The notes beneath the pieces were generated by a model, which saw nothing but the letters and a program-made list of their open reading frames with translations, did no database searches and was not told the DNA's origin. DNA of 64,000 bases from Acidimicrobiia bacterium (GTDB lineage: Bacteria; Actinomycetota; Acidimicrobiia; Spongiisociales; JAHEDJ01), in contig JARGFH010000005.1 in NCBI GenBank assembly GCA_029210695.1, positions 48,834 through 112,833 on the forward strand. Reading direction: 5' to 3'. Shown one piece after another: positions 30,677 through 43,064 of this stretch. A program made the position numbers and the translations under genes. The stretch's first letter is position 1. Every line of letters starts with the position of its first letter.

Positions 30677-31581
30677 GACGGATTCGCCTCGGCGGGCAGG
30701 AAGAACGCCTCCTCCAGGGAGGTGGAAGCGACGCCCAGGCGCACGATCCCGGATTCGGTGGCTGCCAGACCATCCCGGACCAGATCAAACGTGTCGCCAT
30801 CGGTGTGGCTGACGTCTAGTACCTGTCCTTGTGCGGTCACGGATGCTCCCCGATCGGAAAGCCAGGCGACCAGGCCGGCGACATCGCCGAGCACTTCCAG
30901 GGTGATTGAATCCCGAACCTCGAGTCTGCCGAGCGGTCCGGCGCGCAACACTTTCCCGGCGTCGAGCATCACCACCCAATCGCAGGTCTCCTCGATGTCG
31001 CTGATGATGTGGGTCGAGAACAGGACGCTGATCCCGAATTCTCCGAGCCGGTTGATCAGTAGCAGCATGTCCTCGCGGCCTTTGGGATCGAGCCCGGAAG
31101 CCGGCTCGTCGAGCAGCACCAGATCCGGATCGTGGACGATGGCCTGCGCCAGCTTGACTCGCTGCACCATTCCCGTCGAGAAGTCGCCCAGGAACCGGAA
31201 TCGTTCCTCGTGCAGGCCGACGAGGAACAGGATTTCGGAGGCGCGGCGGCGGGCGGCCCGGACGGGGAGTCCGGCGAGTTCGGCTGCGTAGCCGACGAAA
31301 TCGGCAGCCGTCTGGTCCTTGGGGAGGCATGCACCTTCCGGCATGTAGCCCACCCGGGATCGGACTTCCAGCGGTTCCCGCGTCATCGGCATGCCGAGAA
31401 CCTCGATCGCGCCTTGTTCGGGATGCAGCATGCCGAGCAAAATTCTCAGGAGCGTTGTCTTGCCTGCTCCGTTGGCACCGACGAGCCCAACCCGACCCTC
31501 GGGAATCTCGAGAGTCACATCTTCGAGGGCGGTCACGTCGCCGTATCGATGGGTCAGGTGCTCGACCTTGAGCAAAGCCAT
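30673..31581 (-). CDS. ABC ATPase
   Basis: GANGAGKTT, FSTGMVQR, LLDEPASG; start re-picked at MALLKV. Confidence 0.92.
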   Translation of the reverse strand: MALLKVEHLTHRYGDVTALEDVTLEIPEGRVGLVGANGAGKTTLLRILLGMLHPEQGAIEVLGMPMTREPLEVRSRVGYMPEGACLPKDQTAADFVGYAAELAGLPVRAARRRASEILFLVGLHEERFRFLGDFSTGMVQRVKLAQAIVHDPDLVLLDEPASGLDPKGREDMLLLINRLGEFGISVLFSTHIISDIEETCDWVVMLDAGKVLRAGPLGRLEVRDSITLEVLGDVAGLVAWLSDRGASVTAQGQVLDVSHTDGDTFDLVRDGLAATESGIVRLGVASTSLEEAFFLPAEANPS

Positions 31582-31593
31582 GAAGGTGAAGCT

Positions 31594-31644
31594 AGTCGCG
31601 AGTCGCGAGTCGCGAGTCACTCGCGACCAGCGACTCGCGACCAG
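31594..31644. repeat. Heptamer array (AGTCGCG)n followed by inverted copies
   Basis: AGTCGCG x3 + AGT, then C-ACTCGCG-ACCAGCG-ACTCGCG-ACC. Confidence 0.9.
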
Positions 31645-31647
31645 TTA

Positions 31648-33132
<1,485 letters not shown>

Positions 33133-33145
33133 TGCGTTAGCTCCT

Positions 33146-34444
33146 CTACGACCCAGAAATCTCACCGATGGTACGGATGAGGATGTCGGCAGCTTCATCT
33201 ATCTCTTCTTCGGTGACTGTGAGCGGGGGAGCGATGCGCAGCACGTTGCCGTACAGACCACCCTTGCCTATCAACAGCCCGTCTCGCTTGGTGAGCTCCA
33301 TGAGCTTCCCGGCCGCACCTCCATCAGGCTGGTTGCTGTCGGGATGAACGGTCTCGATGGCCAGCATGAGGCCCTTCCCGCGTAGCTCGGCGATCCAGGG
33401 TGTGGCATCGACAACCGGCTGGAGGTGGTTTCGCAATCGCCGTCCCATCCGCAGGGAGTTGCCCTGAAGGTCGTGATCCAGAATGTACCGGAGATTGGCG
33501 AGTGCGCCTGCCGAGGACATGGGGTTGCCCCCGAAAGTGGAGATCGAGTTGGCGCCCAGGCTGTCCATGATTTCCGCTCTGGCTACCACTCCGCCCATCG
33601 CCATGCCGTTGCCGACACCTTTGGCGAATGTCAGGATGTCGGGTATCACGTCGTGGGCCTGGTATCCCCAGAAGTGCTCGCCGGTCCGACCCCAACCAGT
33701 CTGCACCTCATCTGAGATGAGCAGGATGCCGTACTGGTCGAGAACCTTCTTCATCGGGCCAAAGAAGCCGTCCGGCGGAGTGGCGAATCCACCGACGCCC
33801 TGGATCGGTTCCATTATCAAACAGGCAACGTCGCCCGAAGTCATCATGTCGATCACCTGCTCGAGGTCGTCAACGCACGCCTCGGTGTAAGCGTCGTCGT
33901 CGAGGTGCCCGAACGGGCTGCGGAGCCGGTAGCCGCCCTGGACGAAGTTGACGTTGAGGCCGGTCAGGCTGGTCGGCGACCAGGAGCGATGTGAGGTGAT
34001 CGCAACGTTGGTGAAAGAGCGTCCGTGGTAGCTGTTGCGAAGTGCCAGCACCTGGTTCGACTTCCGATAGCCGGTAGCGAGCATCAGTGCCGCATCGTTC
34101 GCCTCGCTGCCGGAGTTAGTGAAGAACACCTTTGCATCCGGAATTCCCGACAGTTCGGCGATCTGCTCGGCGAGTTCGATCATCGGTTCGGATGTGTACA
34201 GAGTCGTGGTGTGGAAGACCTTGGCGGCCTGTTCCTGGACGGCCTGAACGATCTCGGGGACCGAGTAGCCGGTCATGGTGGTGAGGATTCCGGCAAAGAA
34301 GTCGAGGTAGCGGTTGCCTTCGACGTCCCAGACGTGGCGGCCTTCTCCGCGCTCTATGGAGATCGGCTCCTCGTAGTAGAGGGCCAGCCATGAAGGCAAT
34401 GCGTTTCGATAGCGCTGGTGCAGGTCTTGATTTGAGGTGGGCAT
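33146..34444 (-). CDS. Class III PLP aminotransferase (beta-alanine/omega-amino acid type)
   Basis: YLDFFAG, SYHGRS, EPIQGVGG, DEVQTGWGRTG, TFAKGVGNG, STFGGNP. Confidence 0.9.
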   Translation of the reverse strand: MPTSNQDLHQRYRNALPSWLALYYEEPISIERGEGRHVWDVEGNRYLDFFAGILTTMTGYSVPEIVQAVQEQAAKVFHTTTLYTSEPMIELAEQIAELSGIPDAKVFFTNSGSEANDAALMLATGYRKSNQVLALRNSYHGRSFTNVAITSHRSWSPTSLTGLNVNFVQGGYRLRSPFGHLDDDAYTEACVDDLEQVIDMMTSGDVACLIMEPIQGVGGFATPPDGFFGPMKKVLDQYGILLISDEVQTGWGRTGEHFWGYQAHDVIPDILTFAKGVGNGMAMGGVVARAEIMDSLGANSISTFGGNPMSSAGALANLRYILDHDLQGNSLRMGRRLRNHLQPVVDATPWIAELRGKGLMLAIETVHPDSNQPDGGAAGKLMELTKRDGLLIGKGGLYGNVLRIAPPLTVTEEEIDEAADILIRTIGEISGS

Positions 34445-34507
34445 GTTCCCTCGATTCTCGCGGTGTTGGTATGGAGGTCGTTCTCGAATAGTATGTGCCT
34501 CAGAAGT

Positions 34508-35893
34508 ATGATGCAAACGGATGATTGTTCCGAACAAACTGATCTCGAGTTGATCGATCGAATCGTTGCGGCCGTGTCCGAGCGAACGCCGGTCGGCATT
34601 GCCCGCGCCGTTGGCCGGTTGGTGTCGTCGGGTGAAGCCAAGCCGGGTGATCGGCTCCCAACCGTGCGGGCGCTCGCCGCCGCGCTTTCCGTCAGCCCGA
34701 CCTCGGTGGCCGAAGCCTGGCTGGTGCTCCGGCAGTCGGGCACCATTGACACCGGGGGCAGGCGGGGGACATTCGTGCGGGAGGCAGGCCCGGCGGTGGG
34801 TACCGGCCGGATCTGGCGAGTGCCGGTCGAGCAGGGCGTCTACGAACTCGATCTCAGCACCGGCACGCCCGATCCGGATCTGCTTCCATCGCTCGGTTCG
34901 ATCCTTCGAACACTCGGTGTAGCACCGGCCGTGACCAGCTACCTCGATCGACCCGTGCTCGAAGCCCTCGAACGGGTTCTGCTCGACCGCTGGCCGTTTC
35001 CCGCCGAACGGCTGACGGTCGTCAACGGGGCAATGGATGCTCTCGACCGGTTGGTGTCGCTGCTCCTCGGATTCGGCGACCGGGTCGTGGTCGAGAATCC
35101 CACCTTCGCTCCCATCATCGACCTGCTGGAGCGCAGCGGGGCCGAGATCATCAGTGTGCGACTGGATGCGGAAGGGATCGTGCCGGACTCGCTGGCCGAC
35201 GCCCTCGCCCTGCAACCGGGCCTGCTGGTCATGCAGCCGCGCGCCCACAACCCAACCGGGATCGGCACAACCGAAGCGAGGGCGGCTGCTCTGGCCGGGC
35301 TGCTGGCCGACACCGGGACCTTGATCATCGAGGATGACCACTCGGGCGTGGTGTCGGGAGCACCGCTCCACAGCCTCGGAACCTTCCTGCCGGAGCGTGT
35401 CGTTCACATTCACAGCTTCTCGAAGGCCTACGGCCCTGATCTACGGCTGGCCGCAGTCGGTGGAGCGGCTGGGCCAATCGATGAACTGATTCGACGGCGT
35501 CAGCTCGGGCCGTCGTGGAGTAGCCGGCTTCTACAGTCTGTGCTTCTGCAACTGCTGACCGACCCGGCGGTCGACGCGTCTCTGGCGATGGCGGCGAGCA
35601 CTTACGGCGAGCGCCGCCGGAGGCTGAGCGAAGCACTCGCCGGGCAGGGAGTCGAAATCGGCCCGGGGTCCGGCCTAAATGTCTGGCTTCCCGTTCGCGA
35701 GGAGCAATGGGCGCTGGTTGCCCTGGCTTCGCGCGGCGTCGGCGCCGCGCCCGGATCGCCATTTCAGATTGACGGGTCGGACGGTCCACATCTGCGCATC
35801 ACGACCGCCCGGGTGCACACCGGCTTCAATGAACTGGCCGTCCGTCTCGCCGACGCGGCCCGGGCGGCTGGTAGCCGGAGCCTCCCCGCCTGA
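34508..35893 (+). CDS. MocR/GabR family PLP-dependent transcriptional regulator
   Basis: GDRLPTVRALA...VSPTSV wHTH plus aminotransferase-like domain (HSFSKAYGPDLRL); start uncertain. Confidence 0.9.
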   Translation: MMQTDDCSEQTDLELIDRIVAAVSERTPVGIARAVGRLVSSGEAKPGDRLPTVRALAAALSVSPTSVAEAWLVLRQSGTIDTGGRRGTFVREAGPAVGTGRIWRVPVEQGVYELDLSTGTPDPDLLPSLGSILRTLGVAPAVTSYLDRPVLEALERVLLDRWPFPAERLTVVNGAMDALDRLVSLLLGFGDRVVVENPTFAPIIDLLERSGAEIISVRLDAEGIVPDSLADALALQPGLLVMQPRAHNPTGIGTTEARAAALAGLLADTGTLIIEDDHSGVVSGAPLHSLGTFLPERVVHIHSFSKAYGPDLRLAAVGGAAGPIDELIRRRQLGPSWSSRLLQSVLLQLLTDPAVDASLAMAASTYGERRRRLSEALAGQGVEIGPGSGLNVWLPVREEQWALVALASRGVGAAPGSPFQIDGSDGPHLRITTARVHTGFNELAVRLADAARAAGSRSLPA

Positions 35894-35936
35894 GCGGGCG
35901 GGTCGGTCCTCCCCATCGCCGGTTACCCTTCCGCCG

Positions 35937-36731
35937 ATGTCCTACTTCCTCCTCACCAACGACGACGGCATCGACTCGCCCGCCCTTGTTCCGTTCTATC
36001 GAGCACTGGCCGAGATCGCCCCGGTTCGTGTTGTGGTTCCCGATCGAGAACGAAGCTGGATCGGCAAAGCCATCACCCGGTTCGAGGCCATTCATGTGCG
36101 AACCGTCATCAAGGACGGCGTCGAGATCGCCGTTGCAGACGGGTATCCGGCCGATTGTGCCCAGCTCGGTATCCACTCTCTGTTCGGGGAGAAGCCGGTG
36201 ATGGTGATCTCCGGCATCAACGTCGGTCTCAACAACGGGCTGGGGTTCTTCCTCTCCAGTGGAACCGTCGGAGCAGCCGCCGAGGGCTGGATCGCCGGGA
36301 TCCCGGCAGTGGCGTTCTCGACCGGCGATATCAAAGATCATCGGGGTTGGGCCGAGCTGGCCTGGTCGGACGACTCGACCCCGTTCTGGGAAGCGGCGTC
36401 GGAGGTGGCGGTCGATGTGCTGCGGTCGATTCTCGAGGTCGGCTACCCGGCTGCGGTCGATTTGCTCAACGTCAACTTCGCGGCAGACGTAGGGATCGAC
36501 GCACCGCGCCGGGTCACCGACATTGCCAAAGTCGGCTACGACAACATCTTCCGTGAGGCATCTCCCGGCCGCTTCGTTCATGACTTTGCCACCGGACTCC
36601 GCATCGACGGCGATGTGGCGGGGACCGACGTCGAGGCGCTGGCGAGAGGATGGGTCTCGATCACACCCGTTCGCCTGGCTCACGGAGCACCGATCAGTGA
36701 TTCCGTTCGGACGGCTCTCGAGCGGCGGTAA
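35937..36731 (+). CDS. surE: 5'/3'-nucleotidase SurE
   Basis: LLTNDDGIDSP, DGYPADC, VISGINVGLN, SGTVGAAAEG. Confidence 0.92.
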   Translation: MSYFLLTNDDGIDSPALVPFYRALAEIAPVRVVVPDRERSWIGKAITRFEAIHVRTVIKDGVEIAVADGYPADCAQLGIHSLFGEKPVMVISGINVGLNNGLGFFLSSGTVGAAAEGWIAGIPAVAFSTGDIKDHRGWAELAWSDDSTPFWEAASEVAVDVLRSILEVGYPAAVDLLNVNFAADVGIDAPRRVTDIAKVGYDNIFREASPGRFVHDFATGLRIDGDVAGTDVEALARGWVSITPVRLAHGAPISDSVRTALERR

Positions 36732-36744
36732 GCCGAGGTACGCG

Positions 36745-37263
36745 ATGGGTCTGTTGCATGAGCTCAGCTGCGAGATCGAGCCGGCCAATCGTCTCCAGAG
36801 GTTGCTGCAGCGGCTGGCGTCCACCTTCCCGGTCGCCCGGATTCTCTCGAAGATCCTGGAGCCGCTGGACAGGGCGCTCTTCCGGGTGACGAGGGGCCGG
36901 ATGACCGTCCCGGGCCTACTGGCAGGATTGCCGGTGATCATGGTGACGACGACCGGCGCAAGGAGCGGGAAGAGGCGGACGGCGCCGTTGATCGGGGTGC
37001 CGGTCGGCGACGGCCTGGCCGTCATCGGTTCGAATTTCGGACTCGCAACCACGCCGGGCTGGGTCTACAACCTCGAAGCCGATCCCTCGGGCATCGTGTG
37101 CTATCGGGAGAAGGCGGTGGCAGTCACCGCCCGGCGAGCCGATGAACGCGAGGTCGAGGAGGTGTTCCGCCTGGCGGCGGCCGTGTACCCCGGATACGCC
37201 AAGTACCGGGCCCGGGCCGGCCGGCGCATCATCCGCGTGTTCGTCCTCGAGTCCGCCATTTGA
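36745..37263 (+). CDS. Deazaflavin (F420)-dependent nitroreductase family (Ddn-like)
   Basis: TTTGARSGKRR, IGSNFG, PGWVYNLEADP, Y..YRARAGRRIIRVFVL. Confidence 0.88.
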   Translation: MGLLHELSCEIEPANRLQRLLQRLASTFPVARILSKILEPLDRALFRVTRGRMTVPGLLAGLPVIMVTTTGARSGKRRTAPLIGVPVGDGLAVIGSNFGLATTPGWVYNLEADPSGIVCYREKAVAVTARRADEREVEEVFRLAAAVYPGYAKYRARAGRRIIRVFVLESAI

Positions 37264-37285
37264 GCGACTCCGGCCGGGCGCCCGG

Positions 37286-38935
37286 TTAGTCCTCCAGCGT
37301 GTCGGCGTCCACCTTGGCAAAGAGCGGGACGGGTGGTTCGATCCTGGTCCCGGGCACCAGCGGTTCCCGTTCCCACGGGTGTTCGGCGAGCGTCCCCTCC
37401 TGCCCGAGGATCTCGTGGAGTCGTTGCGAAGTGAACGGCAGGAACGGGGCCAGGATCGTCTTGATGCCGTTGATCGCACTCAACGCCGTATGCAAGGTCG
37501 TCGCCGTGCGAATCAGGTCGGTCTTGGCCGTGGTCCAGGGCGCGGTCTCGTTCAGGTAGGCGTTGGCCTGCGAAGCCGCCGCCATGCCTGCCCGGAGCGC
37601 GCCGCGCAGCTCCACCTTCTCGAACTGGGCGGATGCCTCGGCAAGGGCTGCGTCCACCGAGTCGAGCAGAGCCCGGTCGCCGTTTTCGAGTTCGCCGGGG
37701 GCAGGGATCGTCCCATCGAAATGCTTGTAGGTCATGGCAAGAACACGGTTGACCAGGTTGCCCCAGGTGGCCACGAGCTCCTCGTTGACCCGGCGAGCGA
37801 TCTCTTCGTCGGAGAGGTCGGTGTCGTTGTGCTCGGGGAGGATTGCGGCGATTGCATACCGAAGAGCATCCGGCTCGAACCGCTCGAGGTACCAATCGAG
37901 CGAACGTCCGACACCGCGCGACTTCGATGCCTTCGAGCCGCCGAACGTCACGTACTGGTTGCCGGGTACGTTGGTGGGCAGGTTGAGGCCACCGTGGCCC
38001 ATCAACAGGGCGGGCCAGTAGACCGCGTGGAACGGGATGTTGTCCTTGCCGATGAAGTAGTAGGTCTCCGCCTCCGGGTTGAGCCACCAGTCTTTCCATG
38101 CCTCCGGCGTTCCCTGGAGTTGGGCCCACTCCTGCGGTGCCGAGAAGTAACCCATGACGGCCTCCCACCACACGTAGATGGACTTGCCCTCTCCCAGATC
38201 GTCAACCGGCAGCGGGATGCCCCAATCGAGATCGCGGGTGAAGGCGCGGTCGTGCAGACCGTCTTTCACCATCCCGATCGCGAAGTTGACTACGTGCGGC
38301 CGCCAGCCCTCGCGTGAGCGAAGCCATTCCAACAACGGTCCCTGGAAGGCGCTCAGCTTCCAGTAGTAGTGCTCGGTATCTCGCTCGACCGGGGTCGTTC
38401 CGGACAGCCTCGATCGGGGTTCGACCAGTTCGTGGGGGTCGAGCGTCTTCCCGCAATTGTCGCACTGGTCGCCCCTGGCATCCGTGGACCCGCAATGCGG
38501 GCAGGTCCCCTCGACGTACCTGTCCGGCAGGAACCGTTGCACTACTTCGTCGAAGAACTGACTCGTGGTGTGCTTGTAGAGGTAGCCGTTCTCGAGCAAC
38601 TTCAAGAAGAAACCCTGAGCGACCCGTTTGTGATTATCGGTTCCGGTGGTTGTGAAGAGGTCGAAGTTGATGCCCAGTTGCTCCCAGTAGCGGAGGAACC
38701 GGGGGTGGTAGCGGTCGACGATCTCCTGGGGGGTCACGCCCTCTTCGTCTGCTTTCACCGTGATCGGCGTTCCGTGCACGTCGCTGCCGGACACCATGAG
38801 CACCTTGCTCCCCGCCATCCGGTGGTACCTGGCGAAGATATCTGGTGGAAGGTAGGCGCCGGCAACATGCCCGAGATGAAGAGATCCCGTGGCATATGGC
38901 CAGCCAACGGCGACGAGAACATGGCGATCAGTCAT
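37286..38935 (-). CDS. metG: Methionyl-tRNA synthetase (short form, Zn knuckle)
   Basis: WPYATGSLHLGH, CPHC...CDNCG, IGKDNIPFH, KASKS. Confidence 0.97.
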   Translation of the reverse strand: MTDRHVLVAVGWPYATGSLHLGHVAGAYLPPDIFARYHRMAGSKVLMVSGSDVHGTPITVKADEEGVTPQEIVDRYHPRFLRYWEQLGINFDLFTTTGTDNHKRVAQGFFLKLLENGYLYKHTTSQFFDEVVQRFLPDRYVEGTCPHCGSTDARGDQCDNCGKTLDPHELVEPRSRLSGTTPVERDTEHYYWKLSAFQGPLLEWLRSREGWRPHVVNFAIGMVKDGLHDRAFTRDLDWGIPLPVDDLGEGKSIYVWWEAVMGYFSAPQEWAQLQGTPEAWKDWWLNPEAETYYFIGKDNIPFHAVYWPALLMGHGGLNLPTNVPGNQYVTFGGSKASKSRGVGRSLDWYLERFEPDALRYAIAAILPEHNDTDLSDEEIARRVNEELVATWGNLVNRVLAMTYKHFDGTIPAPGELENGDRALLDSVDAALAEASAQFEKVELRGALRAGMAAASQANAYLNETAPWTTAKTDLIRTATTLHTALSAINGIKTILAPFLPFTSQRLHEILGQEGTLAEHPWEREPLVPGTRIEPPVPLFAKVDADTLED

Positions 38936-38974
38936 AGCGGGAGGGTACCAAAGACACGACGACGGGAAGTCGGA

Positions 38975-40387
38975 TTAGACGTTGTCACAGAAACAGAACC
39001 TGGAACTCAGAACCTCTGCGGTCAGGTCATCTTCGGAGAACCGGACGATGGTCCACTCGCCGTCGAAGCTGCCGGAGATCTCGAGGCGCCGGCCCTCCGC
39101 GTCCACCGCGAAGGCGTAGCACCGGTACCTGCGGAGATCGTCCTCCCATTCGACGACGGACGGCGGGACGATGTGAGCTGAGATCCGGGCTCCGTCCTTT
39201 TCGAGCCGCGTCGAGAACTCCTCGAGCAGTCCGTCGCAAGCAGGTTGCTCGCTTTCGAAGAGGTTGCTGATTCCTGGATAGGGCGTGTCGGGAGGCGTCG
39301 CATCCTCGAGGTAACCGATGAACTGAGCCGTGTGTGTCAACCGGCAATCGACCGGGTCTGCGTTCAATGATGCGATGTGGCAATCCCCGGCTGATCTCTC
39401 GATCAGGCTGGCCTCGCCCAGTCCTTCCAGGGTCCCGGTCAACCGGGTGGCGCCACCGGTTGGATCCGTCAGTTCGGCGACGCATGCGATATACCGGTCG
39501 CCTTCGTCCCACTCGGTGAGGTCGGGCAGGTAGCGGACGGCCGTCGCCTTCGAGTCCGACCAGTCGACGCCGACGTAGTTGCGGAAGGCGAGACCGCACG
39601 ACCGCTCGACCTCCGTTGAGAACGCTTCGCCCGGGTAGTCGTCCTCGGGTCCATAGTCCGTCGTACTCGCGTAGATCACCTCGTGGGTGTGCGGTCCGGT
39701 GCATGGGATGACATGGTTCCGTCCGTACGGGGCGAATGGCATGACGGTGTCCTCCCCGGTTCCGAACCACAGACAGTCGCCCGTTTGCCAGCGGTACGGC
39801 TCGTCGGCGCCCGCGATCGTGGCGGCCAACGCTCTCTCAGTTTCCGGTTCGGCGCCGATCATTGCGTAGAGGTGGGTGTTCGACGCCCAGAAATACCACC
39901 AGGAATCGGCCAGGAAGACGCGGTAGGCGGCCGTTCCCTCGACCGTGATGTCCTCGACATCGGCGAACGGCCCGGCCAATGATCCGGCTAGACCCGGAGC
40001 CAGGAACGGATCGCCCTGGAGGAACACTGCAGGGCTCATCGAGAGGCCGATGACGAGGTCGCCCCCTTCATCAGGTTCCAGGCCTGCGTAGCTGAGGCCC
40101 TCGATGACGCTGCCCATGACAGATCTGAGCCTGGAGTCGACGGACGCCAGATCGGACTCGTCGAGGTCGCTCCTGGTGAACCCGGCGGTCGTTCCCCACC
40201 CCTGCTCGGCGACGTCGACCGGGTCCGGCAACGACGGATCCGGCGACTCCGGGCCGGGGGCCGTGGTCGTGGTGGTTGTGGAGGTCACGTCGGGGGTTTG
40301 CGCGGTCGACGGTGGGCTGGTTGTGGGTCCGGTGCAGGCGGATGCAGCCAACATCAGCACGGCAGCAAGAGTCCAGAGGCGTTGCAT
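38975..40387 (-). CDS. Lipoprotein with two septum-formation domains
   Basis: Lipobox ASAC, Thr/Pro stalk, GDCL...PCTGPHTHEV...CGLAFRNYVG and GDCH...DCRLTHTAQ...C. Confidence 0.8.
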   Translation of the reverse strand: MQRLWTLAAVLMLAASACTGPTTSPPSTAQTPDVTSTTTTTTAPGPESPDPSLPDPVDVAEQGWGTTAGFTRSDLDESDLASVDSRLRSVMGSVIEGLSYAGLEPDEGGDLVIGLSMSPAVFLQGDPFLAPGLAGSLAGPFADVEDITVEGTAAYRVFLADSWWYFWASNTHLYAMIGAEPETERALAATIAGADEPYRWQTGDCLWFGTGEDTVMPFAPYGRNHVIPCTGPHTHEVIYASTTDYGPEDDYPGEAFSTEVERSCGLAFRNYVGVDWSDSKATAVRYLPDLTEWDEGDRYIACVAELTDPTGGATRLTGTLEGLGEASLIERSAGDCHIASLNADPVDCRLTHTAQFIGYLEDATPPDTPYPGISNLFESEQPACDGLLEEFSTRLEKDGARISAHIVPPSVVEWEDDLRRYRCYAFAVDAEGRRLEISGSFDGEWTIVRFSEDDLTAEVLSSRFCFCDNV

Positions 40388-40505
40388 GGATGAGACGTTA
40401 GTGAGGTCCGGAATCCAAGTTGTTCGTCGGGTTTGACCCCGACCGCGGCCCCCGCCAGGCGATTGGTATTTGCCTGGTGCTCTGAGGTCGTAATCTCTTG
40501 ACCGC

Positions 40506-41392
<887 letters not shown>

Positions 41393-41396
<4 letters not shown>

Positions 41397-42598
41397 CCGG
41401 CCGCCGGGCCATCTGGCTGGTTGCGCGCCGCGAGTTGCGAGAGCGATCGAGAGGGCGGACCTACCGGATCACGACGGTGGTACTGATCCTCGCCACGGTC
41501 GCCGCCATCGTCCTGCCGTCGATCCTCGGTGGCAGTGACGAGGCAACCTATCGGCTCGGCCTGGTCGGCGAGATCGACGCGGAATTCGCGCCCACTCTCG
41601 AAGTGCTGGCCGAGGCTTCCGGCGTGTCGGTCGACACCGAGCAGTACGGCACTGTGGCCGGCGGCGAGGCCGCGGTGGCCGGCGGGGACATTGATGCCTT
41701 GCTGGTCGATGGAGCCGAGATCGTGGTTGAGCAGGCAGCGTCTCCGGGCATCTTCCTGACCGGCGAGTCGGGTCTGCTTGGACTCCTCAACGGGACGGCG
41801 CAAACGCTCGAGTTCCAGGACGTAGTGGCCGATGCCGGAGTCGGAGCCGACGAACTGGCGCAGATCCTGAGCGATGAGCCGCTCACCGTGCGAGGGCTCG
41901 AGCCCGAAGACCCGAATAGAGGCACGAATCAGGCGGTCAGCTTCGTTGCGATGTTCCTTCTCTACCTGGCCATACTCAGTTATGGAGCCTGGACTCTGAA
42001 CGGAGTGATCGAGGAGAAGTCGAACCGAATCGTGGAGGTCTTGCTGGCGGTTCTGCGGCCCCATCATCTGCTGGCGGGCAAAGTGCTCGGCATCGGCTTG
42101 CTGGGACTCATGCAACTCGTGCTCGTGTCGGTATCCGGGCTGGTGGCCGCGCTGTCAGTCGATCTGTTCGACCTTCCCCGGGTGACGGTCTCGGTGGCCG
42201 CTTCGCTGGTGTTGTGGTTCGTCCTCGGTTTCGGGTTCTACGCGGTGGCCTATGCAGGGTTCGGCGCCCTGGTTTCGAGGATGGAGGACGCCCAGAGCGT
42301 CGCCACTCCCCTGACGCTCGTCGGAGTGGTCGGCTATATGGTGGCCTTCCAGGCGCTCGAGCATCCCGATGGAATGGTGGCCCGGATCACGACGTTCATC
42401 CCTCCGACGGCGCCATTCGTCGTGCCCATCCGAACCGTGCAGTCGGCCATTGCATGGTGGGAGCTGGCGCTGTCGGTGCTGGTAATGACCGCCGCCACGT
42501 ACGGCATGATCCGCCTGGCCGGACGCCTTTATTCCGGGGGCATCCTCCACATCGGTCAACGGATGAAGGTCAAGGACGCCTGGCGTTCGGGGGAGTAG
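41393..42598 (+). CDS. ABC-2 permease (NatB-like)
   Basis: VIEEKSNRIVEVLL, AGKVLG, FIPPTAP; GTGA-coupled. Confidence 0.9.
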
Positions 42599-42661
42599 CC
42601 GCCATGTGTGGAGGGCCACGGTGCGGCGGCCGACACTGGTTGACTCCCGGTAGAGAGCAGC

Positions 42662-42691
42662 TTGACAGTGGCGTCTCGATCTTGATATCAT
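42662..42691 (+). promoter_or_regulatory. Sigma70-type promoter of arsR-arsM, probably leaderless
   Basis: TTGACA-18 nt-TATCAT, ATG 7 nt after the -10, no RBS. Confidence 0.65.
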
Positions 42692-42698
42692 TTGCATA

Positions 42699-43064
42699 AT
42701 GACGCAAACAAGCAAGAATCCGTCCGACACGTCGTCCCAGTACTGCGACGATCTCAGCGTCCTGGTGCAACCGGAGCTCTTCAAAGCGTTGAGCGATCCG
42801 AACCGGCTCGTCCTCTTGACGACACTGTCCGAACGGGCAGAGCCGAGCACTGTATCGGAGGCGGCCGCCTGCTGTTCCGTGGATATGTCGGTCGTTTCGC
42901 GTCACCTGGCCACTATGCGAAATGCAGGTCTGCTGACCGCCGAGAAACGGGGACGTGAGGTTTACTACAGCGTCCCCCGCATGGAACTCGCCGCACAGCT
43001 GAGAACAATGGCAGACGCACTCGAGTCTTGCTGTCCCACCGAAGAGGAGTCGTTCGATGACTGA
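42699..43064 (+). CDS. arsR: ArsR/SmtB family repressor
   Basis: FKALSDPNRL, AACCSVDMSVVSRHL, KRGREVYY, C-terminal CC. Confidence 0.9.
   Translation: MTQTSKNPSDTSSQYCDDLSVLVQPELFKALSDPNRLVLLTTLSERAEPSTVSEAAACCSVDMSVVSRHLATMRNAGLLTAEKRGREVYYSVPRMELAAQLRTMADALESCCPTEEESFDD

Noticed and set aside
33146-35413. 755-aa ORF suggesting an aminotransferase with a long N-terminal domain
   Set aside because: The extension is antisense to the MocR gene; homology starts at MPTSNQ (34444)
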